In this document: positions 48,845-59,130 of the stretch, in pieces | Numbering within the stretch: the first letter of the stretch is position 1 | Layout of the letters: each line of letters opens with the position of its first letter | Assembly: GCA_965199715.1 (NCBI GenBank) | Contig: OZ241322.1 | Location: 2,284,157 to 2,348,156 of the forward strand | Length of the DNA stretch: 64,000 nt | Origin: Vicinamibacteria bacterium | Lineage (GTDB): Bacteria; Acidobacteriota; Vicinamibacteria; Marinacidobacterales; Marinacidobacteraceae | Direction: 5' to 3' | The notes under the pieces: model-generated | Seen by the model: the letters and a program-made list of their open reading frames with translations, nothing else | Database searches by the model: none | Told to the model about the DNA's origin: nothing | Program-made: the position numbers and the translations under genes

Positions 48845-51800
48845 CAGGTTTCGAGGACGCCGCCCCGCACGGTCAGGGCGCGCGCCGCCGAGGTCGGGAC
48901 GCGCGGTCCCGGAAACAGGATCCCGGACAGGTTCAGCGGGTCGGCCGCGGCGATCCGGACCGGAGGCGCGTCCCCGTTCGGCTTCCGGCGGAGCTCGCGC
49001 ACCGCCCGGGGCAGGGCGAACTGCTCCCCGCCGAAGGCGGAGACGAACCGCCCGCCGTGGATCTCGCCCCGCATCTCCAGCCGGCGGAGCGCGATCTGGA
49101 GCGAGCGCCAGCGCGTCTCGAGCCGCTCGCGCTTCACCAGGTCGCGGAACACGACGCCCCAGCGGTCGAGGAGGCGGCGCGCCAGATCCTCGTCCGACTG
49201 CTCCCGCTCGCCGGCCAGCAGCGCCCACCGACCGGCCCCGTATCGGGCGCGGGCGCGGCGATGGCGGCCGAGGCCGGTGCGGCGGCGCGGGTCCATGAGC
49301 GCCCGCAGGCCGTCGAAGCCGTCGGCGGTCACGAGGCCGGCGGCGACGAGTTCCCACAGCGCGTCCTCAAGCGCGGCCGGCAGCAGCCCGGAGTCCTCGG
49401 CCAGCTCGGCGAAGAACGACGCCCCGCGCTCCCGCAGGCGGTCCCGGACGGCCTCGGCGCGGGAACCGAGCGCCGGCGCGCCGGACCGGCGCCACTCGGG
49501 GAGGCTCGTCCTCGGCAGGATCGCGATCGGGGCGGCGCGGCTCGGGCGCGCCGGCGTTCCGTCGTCCGGATCCGGCGGCCGCAGCCGCCCCCAGACCACG
49601 GCGCCGGACAGGCAATGCCCGTCCAGCCAGTCGCGGCGGTAGCCGGTCACGCGCAGCGGCAGGACGTCCCGCTCCCACGCGGCGGCCGGCGCCTCGATCC
49701 CCTGGAGTTGCGCGAGCACCTCCAGCACTCCGCCGGGACCGAAGACCCGCGCGTCGGGGACGGCCCGCTGCCAGCGGGTGAGGAAGTCCATGAACCGCGC
49801 CGCGCTCACCGGGGCGGACTCGCGCCGGAGATGCGCGAGCGTGAGGCGGTGGATACGCGCCAGCACCCGGCGGTGGCACCACTCCTCGGGGCCGTTCTCG
49901 GTCAAGGGGCCCCGGATCGCGAGCCCCTCCGCCTCGAGCGCCAGAAGGCCGGCCTCGATCTCGGCCTCGGGAAGGACGAAGGACGCCGCCAGCTCGGCGG
50001 CGCGCGCCGGTCCCGAGGAGTCGAGCGTCCCGCGCAGGAGCGCCGCGGCGAGGCCGGCGCGGCCCTCGGGGAGCGGCCTTCCGGATGCGTCGGGAAGCGT
50101 CCGGGAGAAGCGGCCTCCGGGCCACAGCGCCCGGGCGAGCGCCGCCCGCTCGGCGGCGACGAGGAAGCGCCGCCCGTCCGTTTCGAGGACGGCCGCGCGG
50201 TCCTGCGCCTCCAGCTCGGACGCCCACGGCCGCCAGTCGTCGCGATCCGGGAGCGCGCCCCCGGTCAGAAGCGCGTCGTGGAGCTCCTCGGCGTTCCGGA
50301 CGAGCGGCGCCGCTTCCTCGGCCGCCTGGCGGATGGCCTCGGGGGAGAGGCGCGCCTCCCGGTCCAGTTCGGCCGGGAGCGACCGGCTCATCCGCACCGC
50401 CCGCGAGCGCCGCTCCTCCAGCGGGGCCGGATCGAGGAAGGCGAACGGGCTCGCGTTCAGGATCTCCGCCGCGAACGGGGAGGCTTCCGGGTTGTCGCGG
50501 GCGACGGCGCGGATCGCGCCGCTGCGGATCCCCTCCAGCACCTCGATCAGGCCGTCGAGGTCCATGAGCTCGTGGAGCCCGTCAGCGATCGTCTCATCGA
50601 CCAGCGGGTGCTCCGGGATGCGCACCTCGCCGGCGAGGTTCTCGGCGCAGGCCGCCTGGTCCGGGAAGACCGCCGCGAGGACGTCGTCGGCCAGCACGCG
50701 CTGGATCGGCGGGGGCGTCCGCCGGCCGTTGCGCGTCCGCCGCACCGTGAGCGCCCGGGTGGCGTTGTGGCGGAAGCGCACGTCGAAGAGCGGGTAGCCG
50801 AGCATCGCCTGGGTGAGCACGTCCTTGACGGTTCCCGGATGCAGGAAGCGGAACACCGACTCCAGCGGGAACGAGTGCAGGTCGGTGAGCGAGACGTTCA
50901 CGCCGTCGTCGGTGGCCGCCGCTTGGAGCTCGAGGTTGAAGCTCCGGCAGAAGCGCTTCCGGAGCGCGAGCCCCCACGCCCGGTTCACGCGGATCCCGAA
51001 AGGGGCGTGGAGGACGAGCTGCATGCCCCCCGACTCGTCGAAGAAGCGCTCGGCGACGACCGTGGTCGCGCTCGGCGTCGCGCCGAGCGACGCCCGCCCG
51101 GCCGCGAGATACCGGATGGCCTGGTCGGCCCCCGATTCGTCGAGTCCGGCGTCCCGCAGCAGCGCCTCGGCCTCGGGGCGCGCGGCGCCGGCGAGTTCCT
51201 CGCGGAGCTCCGAGACGTGCCGCGAGAGCTCCCGGGTGCGGCCGGGCGCCTCGGCGATCCAGAACGGAATCGTCGGCGGGGCGCCGGCGGCGTCCTCGAC
51301 GCGAACGTCGCCGCCCACGATCCGCCGGATGCGCCAGGCGTGGGTCCCGAGCTGGAACACCGCGCCGCGCGTGCTCTCGATGGCGAAGTCCTCGTGGACG
51401 CTCCCGACGACCCGGTCGTCGGGTTCGACCACGACCCGGTACTCGGCGGTCTCGGGGATGGCGCCGCCGTTCTGGATCGCGGCGAGCCGCGCGCCGCGCC
51501 GGGCGCGGACGGTCCCGTGCACCCGGTCGAGGTGGAGGAGCGCGCCCCGGCGGCCCCTGGCGGTGGAGACGCCCTCGGCCAGCATCTCGACCAGCGCGTC
51601 GAAGGCGGCGCGTTCGAGGCTCCGGTACGGGTCGGCGCTGCGGGCCAGCGCGAAGAGATCGTCAAGGCCCTCGGACCGCTCCGGGTTCGCCCCGAGCTCG
51701 GCGGCGAGCTGCTGGGCGAGCACGTCGAGCGGCGCGTCGGGGATCCGGAGCCGGTCCAGATCCCCGGCCCGGATCGCCCGCACGGCGGCGGCGCACTGGA

Positions 51801-52920
51801 TGAGTTCGTCCCGGGTGACCGGGAAGAGCCAGCCCTCGGACGCCGCCCCGACGCCGTGGCCGGACCGTCCGATCCGCTGGAGCGCGGTTCCGATGGACCG
51901 GGGCGCACCGATCTGGCAGACCCGATCCACCGTCCCGATGTCGATGCCGAGCTCGAGCGACGCCGTGGCCACCATCGCCCGCAGGCTCCCCTCCCGCAGC
52001 CGCCGCTCCGCTTCGAGGCGCAGCTCCCGCGAGAGCGAGCCGTGGTGGGCGAGCGCCGCGCCGGGTCCGAGACGCTCCTCGAGGTCGTGAGTGAACCGCT
52101 CGGCCATCCGCCGGGTGTTCACGAAGACGAGGGTGGTCCGCCGCTCGCCGATGAGTCCGGCGACCTGGTCGCGCACGTCCTCCATGACTTCGTGGGTCGC
52201 CACCGCTCCCAGCTCGACGCCGGGAACCGCGACCGAGAGGCGCATGTCGCGCTGGTAGCCGATCGGGACGACGGCCGGATCGTGGGAGCTCAGGAACCGG
52301 GCGGCCGCGTCCAGCGGCCGGACCGTCGCCGAGAGGCCGATCCGCTGGACCGGGCGGCCGGCGACGCGCTCGAGCCGCGCGAGCGACAGCGCCAGGTGCG
52401 CGCCGCGCTTGTCGCCGGCGAGGGCGTGGATCTCGTCCACGATCGCGGTGCGGACGGTCCCCAGCATGGCGCGTCCGCGCTCCGAAGTGAGCAGCAGGTA
52501 GAGCGATTCCGGGGTCGTGACGAGGATGTGCGGCGGCTTGCGCGTCATCCGCGCTCGAGCGGCGGGCGGCGTGTCGCCGGTGCGCAGCGCGGCGCGGATT
52601 CCGGCGACCCCCGCTTCGGCGACCCCGGCGAGCGGCGCCTCGAGGTTCTCCTGGATGTCGGCGCTCAGCGCCTTCAGCGGCGAGACGTAAAGGGCGCGGG
52701 TCTCGTCCGGGAGCGTTCCGGCGCGGGCCTCGACCGCGAGCGCGTCGATCGCCGAGAGAAACGCGGCGAGCGTCTTTCCGGAGCCGGTGGGCGCGGTGAC
52801 GAGCACGTCGCGTCCCTGGCGGATGAGCGGCCACGCCCGGCGCTGCGGCTCGGTCGGGACGGAAAAGCGCGACTGGAACCAGCCCCGGACGGCGGGGTCG
52901 AAGCCGGCGAGGTCGGTCAC
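48844..52920 (-). CDS. lhr: Lhr-family ATP-dependent DEAD/DEAH helicase
   Basis: APTGSGKTLAAF, DEIH, HHGSLS, ATASLELGIDIG, ERFFDESGGMQ, GGRFV..FGGEQFA. Confidence 0.94.
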   Translation of the reverse strand: MTDLAGFDPAVRGWFQSRFSVPTEPQRRAWPLIRQGRDVLVTAPTGSGKTLAAFLSAIDALAVEARAGTLPDETRALYVSPLKALSADIQENLEAPLAGVAEAGVAGIRAALRTGDTPPAARARMTRKPPHILVTTPESLYLLLTSERGRAMLGTVRTAIVDEIHALAGDKRGAHLALSLARLERVAGRPVQRIGLSATVRPLDAAARFLSSHDPAVVPIGYQRDMRLSVAVPGVELGAVATHEVMEDVRDQVAGLIGERRTTLVFVNTRRMAERFTHDLEERLGPGAALAHHGSLSRELRLEAERRLREGSLRAMVATASLELGIDIGTVDRVCQIGAPRSIGTALQRIGRSGHGVGAASEGWLFPVTRDELIQCAAAVRAIRAGDLDRLRIPDAPLDVLAQQLAAELGANPERSEGLDDLFALARSADPYRSLERAAFDALVEMLAEGVSTARGRRGALLHLDRVHGTVRARRGARLAAIQNGGAIPETAEYRVVVEPDDRVVGSVHEDFAIESTRGAVFQLGTHAWRIRRIVGGDVRVEDAAGAPPTIPFWIAEAPGRTRELSRHVSELREELAGAARPEAEALLRDAGLDESGADQAIRYLAAGRASLGATPSATTVVAERFFDESGGMQLVLHAPFGIRVNRAWGLALRKRFCRSFNLELQAAATDDGVNVSLTDLHSFPLESVFRFLHPGTVKDVLTQAMLGYPLFDVRFRHNATRALTVRRTRNGRRTPPPIQRVLADDVLAAVFPDQAACAENLAGEVRIPEHPLVDETIADGLHELMDLDGLIEVLEGIRSGAIRAVARDNPEASPFAAEILNASPFAFLDPAPLEERRSRAVRMSRSLPAELDREARLSPEAIRQAAEEAAPLVRNAEELHDALLTGGALPDRDDWRPWASELEAQDRAAVLETDGRRFLVAAERAALARALWPGGRFSRTLPDASGRPLPEGRAGLAAALLRGTLDSSGPARAAELAASFVLPEAEIEAGLLALEAEGLAIRGPLTENGPEEWCHRRVLARIHRLTLAHLRRESAPVSAARFMDFLTRWQRAVPDARVFGPGGVLEVLAQLQGIEAPAAAWERDVLPLRVTGYRRDWLDGHCLSGAVVWGRLRPPDPDDGTPARPSRAAPIAILPRTSLPEWRRSGAPALGSRAEAVRDRLRERGASFFAELAEDSGLLPAALEDALWELVAAGLVTADGFDGLRALMDPRRRTGLGRHRRARARYGAGRWALLAGEREQSDEDLARRLLDRWGVVFRDLVKRERLETRWRSLQIALRRLEMRGEIHGGRFVSAFGGEQFALPRAVRELRRKPNGDAPPVRIAAADPLNLSGILFPGPRVPTSAARALTVRGGVLET

Positions 52921-52946
52921 GAGGGCGGTGCGTATAGTCCGCCGGC

Positions 52947-54176
52947 ATGGTACGGGAAGAGCTGGAGGCGCTGGACCGGCGCGATCCGCTGCGCGGGTTC
53001 CGGGACCGCTTCCTTTTGCCGGCGGGCGTCTATCTGGACGGAAATTCGCTCGGCCCGGTTCCCCGGACGCTGCCCGGCCGGATCGAGGAATTCCTGAGCC
53101 GCGAGTGGGGGACGGACCTCATCGCGTCGTGGAACCGTCACGACTGGATCGGGCTGCCCGAGCGCCTCGGGACGCGGATCGCGCCCCTGCTGGGCGCGGC
53201 GCCCGACGAGGTCGTCGCCGCTGACTCGGTGTCGGTGAACCTCTTCAAGCTGCTCGGCGCGCTCCTGCGCCGCTCGCCCGGACGGAGCGTCGTGCTGGGG
53301 GACCTCTCCAACTTCCCGACCGATCTCTATGTGGCGGAGGGCGTGGTCCGGCTCGCGGGCGACGCGAGCCTGCGGCTCGTCGCCGCGGACGACTTCGAGG
53401 CGGCGCTCGCCGCGCCCGATGTCGCGGTCGCGACGCTCGGCCACGTGGACTTCCGCACCGGGCGGATGCGCGACCTCGCCCGCGTGACCGAGGCCGGGCG
53501 CGCCCGCGGCGTCCCCGTCGTGTGGGACCTCAGTCACAGCGCCGGCGCGATGGCGCTCGATCTTCCGGGCGACGGGGCCGAGTACGCGGTCGGCTGCGGC
53601 TACAAGTACCTGAACGGGGGGCCCGGCGCCCCGGCGTTCCTCTACGTCGCGAAGGGGCGGCAGGACGGGCTGCTCTCGCCGCTGTCCGGCTGGATGGGGC
53701 ATCGGCGGCCGTTCGCGTTTCCGACTGGCTACGAACCGGCTCCGGGGATGCGCCGCTTTCTCGCCGGAACGCCGGCGGTGCTCGCCGGGATCGCGCTGGA
53801 GGAGGGGCTCCAGACGTTCGAGGGCGTCGATCTCGGGGCGGTGCGCCACAAGGGCGAGGCGCTCGGCGAGGCGTTCCGGACGCTCGCCATCGAACGGCTC
53901 GGCCGGTACGGCGCAGCCCCCGCCGGGCCGGAGCGCGCGGAGGAGCGGGGCAGCCAACTCTCGCTTCGCTGTCCCGAGGCGTTCGCGGTCATGCGGGCGC
54001 TCATCGAGCGCGGCGTGACCGGCGACTTCCGCGAGCCCGACCTGCTCCGCTTCGGCTTCGCCCCGCTCTACGTCCGCTACGTGGATGCATGGGACGCGGT
54101 GGAGGCGCTTCGCTCGGTGCTCGACAGCGGAGCGTTCCGGGAGCCGCGCTTCCACGAGCGCGGCCGGGTCACCTGA
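52947..54176 (+). CDS. kynU: Kynureninase
   Basis: YLDGNSLG, NFPTDLY, WDLSHSAGA, GCGYKYLNGGPG, GDFREPD. Confidence 0.95.
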   Translation: MVREELEALDRRDPLRGFRDRFLLPAGVYLDGNSLGPVPRTLPGRIEEFLSREWGTDLIASWNRHDWIGLPERLGTRIAPLLGAAPDEVVAADSVSVNLFKLLGALLRRSPGRSVVLGDLSNFPTDLYVAEGVVRLAGDASLRLVAADDFEAALAAPDVAVATLGHVDFRTGRMRDLARVTEAGRARGVPVVWDLSHSAGAMALDLPGDGAEYAVGCGYKYLNGGPGAPAFLYVAKGRQDGLLSPLSGWMGHRRPFAFPTGYEPAPGMRRFLAGTPAVLAGIALEEGLQTFEGVDLGAVRHKGEALGEAFRTLAIERLGRYGAAPAGPERAEERGSQLSLRCPEAFAVMRALIERGVTGDFREPDLLRFGFAPLYVRYVDAWDAVEALRSVLDSGAFREPRFHERGRVT

Positions 54177-55811
<1,635 letters not shown>

Positions 55812-55851
55812 GTTGCTACTCTCTTGGGTGAAAGGTGGGGATCGGAATTCT

Positions 55852-56832
55852 ATGCCGAGCGAGCCCGCGATCGGCGCCCGCGAGGTGCGAGAGGCGGCCG
55901 AGCGGATCGCTCCCTTCGTCCGGCCGACTCCCATCGAGGCCGCGCCGGGCGAACCCGGCGTCCGCTGGAAGCTCGAATGCCTCCAGGCGACGGGGTCCTT
56001 CAAGATCCGCGGCGCGCTCCACAAGCTGCTCCTGCTGCAGGAGGAAGGGGCGCTCGGGGAGGGGGTGATCACCGCGTCGTCCGGCAACCACGGACGGGCG
56101 ACCGCGTGGGCGCTCGCGCTTCTCGGCGGGCGGGGAGTGGTGTACCTCCCGGAGACGGTCGCGGACTCGAAGCGCGAGGCGCTCGAGCGCGTGTACGGCG
56201 AGTTCGTCGAAGTCCGCCTCGCCGGCCAGGACGCGGTGGAGTCGGAGCTTGCGGCCCGCGCCGAGTCCGAGCGCGCCGGCCGCCCGTTCGTGTCCCCCTA
56301 CAACGACCCCGACGTCATCGCCGGGCAGGGGACCGTGGGCCTCGAGATTCACGAGGCGCTCGACCCCGGCGCGCTCGCCCAGGTCGTCGTCCCGGTGGGC
56401 GGCGGCGGGCTCGTCGGCGGGATCGCCGCGTTTCTGAAGGAGGTCCGTCCGGACGTGCGGATCGTCGGCTGCCAGCCCCGGGCGTCGGCGGTCATGGCCG
56501 CCTCGATCCCCGCGGGCCGGCTCCTCGAATCCGGCGTGGACGTCCCGTTCCTGCCCACGCTCGCCGACGGAGTCGCGGGCGGCGTGGAGCCGGGGGCGAT
56601 CACTTTCGAACTGTGCAAGCTCGTGGACCGCTGGGCGCTCGTCGAGGAGCCGGAGATCGCGAAGGCGATGCGGCGCTTCTTCCGCCGGCGGTTCGCGCTC
56701 GTCGAGGGGTCCGGCGCGCTGCCCATCGCGGCGCTGCCGTGTCTCGAGCCGGTCCGCGGCGAGACCGTGCTGGTCCTGAGCGGAGCCGGGATCTCGGCGA
56801 AGGGGTTGAGCCTACTCGGCGGCCGGGGGTGA
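55852..56832 (+). CDS. Threonine/serine dehydratase family PLP enzyme
   Basis: KLECLQATGSFKIRGA, SSGNHG, SPYND..VIAGQGT, VGGGGL. Confidence 0.9.
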   Translation: MPSEPAIGAREVREAAERIAPFVRPTPIEAAPGEPGVRWKLECLQATGSFKIRGALHKLLLLQEEGALGEGVITASSGNHGRATAWALALLGGRGVVYLPETVADSKREALERVYGEFVEVRLAGQDAVESELAARAESERAGRPFVSPYNDPDVIAGQGTVGLEIHEALDPGALAQVVVPVGGGGLVGGIAAFLKEVRPDVRIVGCQPRASAVMAASIPAGRLLESGVDVPFLPTLADGVAGGVEPGAITFELCKLVDRWALVEEPEIAKAMRRFFRRRFALVEGSGALPIAALPCLEPVRGETVLVLSGAGISAKGLSLLGGRG

Positions 56833-57321
56833 CTTCGGCGGCGGCGCGTGGGGGGTGTTCATCGTGACCAGCACCGTCGAAAGCAGCACCCCCGCGATCC
56901 CGACCCACAGCAGCGGCCCGCCCCGGAGCCGTCCGCCCGAGAGCAGCAGCGTCGAGACCGCGGTGATCGTCACCGCGCCCCCGAAGACGACCGGCATGAC
57001 CGCGTGCGGAATCCTCGCGCCGCCCGAGAACATGGCGAGGGTCAGGCCGAACGCGCCCGCCGCGCCGAGGAGGCCCGCCCCGAATCCCCACGCGAGGCTG
57101 CTGCCGGCGAGCGGAGTCAGCGTGATGCTGTCGCCCCGCCACCACATCCCGACGAGCGCTCCCACGATCGCCACGACCAGATACGCGATCCCGATCCCGA
57201 GATAGGGCTTGAACGGGCTCGCCGTCGCGTCGGCGAGACGAGCCTGCCCGAGCGTCGGCCCATACAGGCCCCACGCGAGCGCGGTGATCAGGGCGAACAG
57301 GAAGGGCAGGGCGGAGCGCAT
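56812..57321 (-). CDS. Small membrane protein (DMT/EamA-like)
   Basis: About five hydrophobic segments; AWGLYGP, VMPVVFGGA. Confidence 0.8.
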   Translation of the reverse strand: MRSALPFLFALITALAWGLYGPTLGQARLADATASPFKPYLGIGIAYLVVAIVGALVGMWWRGDSITLTPLAGSSLAWGFGAGLLGAAGAFGLTLAMFSGGARIPHAVMPVVFGGAVTITAVSTLLLSGGRLRGGPLLWVGIAGVLLSTVLVTMNTPHAPPPKSPPAAE

Positions 57322-57382
57322 GACGCCGGATCATAGAAGCCGTGCGCTACCGGTCACGATCCCGCGGTAGCATCAGCGGCCC

Positions 57383-58366
57383 GTGAAGGCGTCCGGCGAT
57401 CTCCAGTTGGACGAGCGCCGCGAACCGTCGGGACTGGAACCATCGCGTCACGCTCCCCCGCTGCTGTCCGGCCCCTCATCGTTTCCGACGTCGTGGCCCG
57501 GCGATGTGCGCTCGCGGGTTCTTCGGTTGGAAGCTGGGGCGGACGCGCCGCTCCCGGATCTCCCCCACTCCGCGCTGATTTGCGGAGCGGCCGGGTCGGC
57601 CCTCGAGATGCTTCCCGCGGACGCCGTTCGGACAGTGGTGACCTCGCCGCCGTACTGGTCGCTTCGGGACTACGAGACCGGAGACTCCTTCGGGCGAGAC
57701 GATGGGCTTCAGGAGTACGTCGAAAGCGTCGTCGCGGACTTCCGGAAGCTGCGCCGCGTGCTGCAGGTGGACGGCACGGTGTGGCTGAACGTCGGCGACG
57801 CCTACACGTCGGGGAATCGCCGCACCCGGGCTCCCGATCGGAAGAACCGGGCGCGAGCGATGTCGGTTCGCCCCCCCACCCCCGAGGGTCTGAAGCCCAA
57901 GGATCTCATCGGCCTCCCGTGGCGACTGGCGTTCGCCCTGCAGGCGGACGGGTGGTGGCTTCGCTCGGAGGTCATCTGGCACAAGCCGAACGCCCATCCC
58001 GAATCGGTCCGTGATCGCCCCACTAAGGCGCATGAGACCCTGTTCCTCCTGTCGAAGTCGCAGGACTACCTGTATGACACGACCGCGGTGCGTGGACTCA
58101 ACGGCCGCCGCCTCCGCACGGTTTGGGATATTCCAACGAGGCCCCGGCGTCGTGCCGGTCCCGAGGACGACCATCCAGCGCCCATGCCCCTGAGTCTCGC
58201 CGCACGCTGCGTCGCGCTGACCAGCCGACCGGGGGACGTGGTGCTGGATCCGTATGCGGGCTCGGGTACGACCTTGCTCGCCGCGGATCGGATGGAACGA
58301 AGCTGGATCGGGATCGAGTTGAACCCGGCCTACGTCGATCTCATCGAGCGGCGTCTGGCGGGATGA
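57383..58366 (+). CDS. Site-specific DNA methyltransferase (beta class, probably N4-cytosine)
   Basis: Motif IV VTSPPYW precedes motif I DPYAGSGTT; KPKDLIGLPW, WHKPN..PESVRDRP, HPA. Confidence 0.92.
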   Translation: MKASGDLQLDERREPSGLEPSRHAPPLLSGPSSFPTSWPGDVRSRVLRLEAGADAPLPDLPHSALICGAAGSALEMLPADAVRTVVTSPPYWSLRDYETGDSFGRDDGLQEYVESVVADFRKLRRVLQVDGTVWLNVGDAYTSGNRRTRAPDRKNRARAMSVRPPTPEGLKPKDLIGLPWRLAFALQADGWWLRSEVIWHKPNAHPESVRDRPTKAHETLFLLSKSQDYLYDTTAVRGLNGRRLRTVWDIPTRPRRRAGPEDDHPAPMPLSLAARCVALTSRPGDVVLDPYAGSGTTLLAADRMERSWIGIELNPAYVDLIERRLAG

Positions 58367-59124
58367 GCTCCCCCGAAGACCTGAAGGCACGAATCGACCG
58401 GCTTTCGCCGATGGCGGTGAAGTTCGCCTTTCGGTTGGTGGACTCGCTCGCTGCGGCCCCCGTGGCGCGTGTCGCCGAAGGCACGTGGCTGACCTGCGAG
58501 CCGGAATGGCTTGAGTACTTCGGCCTTGAGATCTCGGCGCACCATGCTGTCACCGCCGAGCCGCTTGGTTCGCTCGGATTCGAGAGCGCGTTCCGTAACG
58601 CTTGTGCGGCCGCTGGATGGTCGGCTGACGCAGCACCCTCGGCGACCAGACGGTTCGTGGACGTCGCGCTCCGAACCGGGGACACGCTGAGGCGGCTCTC
58701 CCTGAAGTCCACGGCGGCACGACGTCTCAGCGAGCGAACCGTGCACATATCGAAGCTCACCGAGGCTGCGTGGATTCAGGACGTGAGGAGCACGAGGTCG
58801 CGCAGGACCCGCACGCTGGAACTGTTCCGCGAATACCGTGAGGCCGTGGACGCCATCCTGATGCTGAGGGCCTTCCGCGAGCCCACGAAACTGCCGACCC
58901 GGTATCAGCTCGTCGAGATTCCCTCCCGGCTGTTTGCGTCGCTCGAACAGCTACCCGAGTCCGCCTTCGCCGCAGATGGCCCTGTGCTTGACTGTGCTTA
59001 CGGCGGATGTGCTTCCGCGGCGCAGGTCGCCATCGACCGATCGGATGCCAAGATCACGATCCGGAAGATTCTTCTCGCGGTCTGCACGGTCCACGCCGAA
59101 TGGCGGCTCCGTAGCGCCGATTGA
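58363..59124 (+). CDS. Type II restriction endonuclease, SmaI-like
   Basis: ATGA-coupled to the MTase. HH...FESAF, D...SLKST.A, HISKLTE, YQLVEIP and CTVHAEW match the remembered SmaI pattern. Confidence 0.75.
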   Translation: MSSPEDLKARIDRLSPMAVKFAFRLVDSLAAAPVARVAEGTWLTCEPEWLEYFGLEISAHHAVTAEPLGSLGFESAFRNACAAAGWSADAAPSATRRFVDVALRTGDTLRRLSLKSTAARRLSERTVHISKLTEAAWIQDVRSTRSRRTRTLELFREYREAVDAILMLRAFREPTKLPTRYQLVEIPSRLFASLEQLPESAFAADGPVLDCAYGGCASAAQVAIDRSDAKITIRKILLAVCTVHAEWRLRSAD

Positions 59125-59130
59125 GCGCGG

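Noticed and set aside
49057-53097. Very long antisense ORFs (also 13824-15935, 27765-30593, 43575-47150, 54633-56867)
   Set aside because: Shadow ORFs opposite well-supported genes, expected in high-GC DNA with few stop codons.
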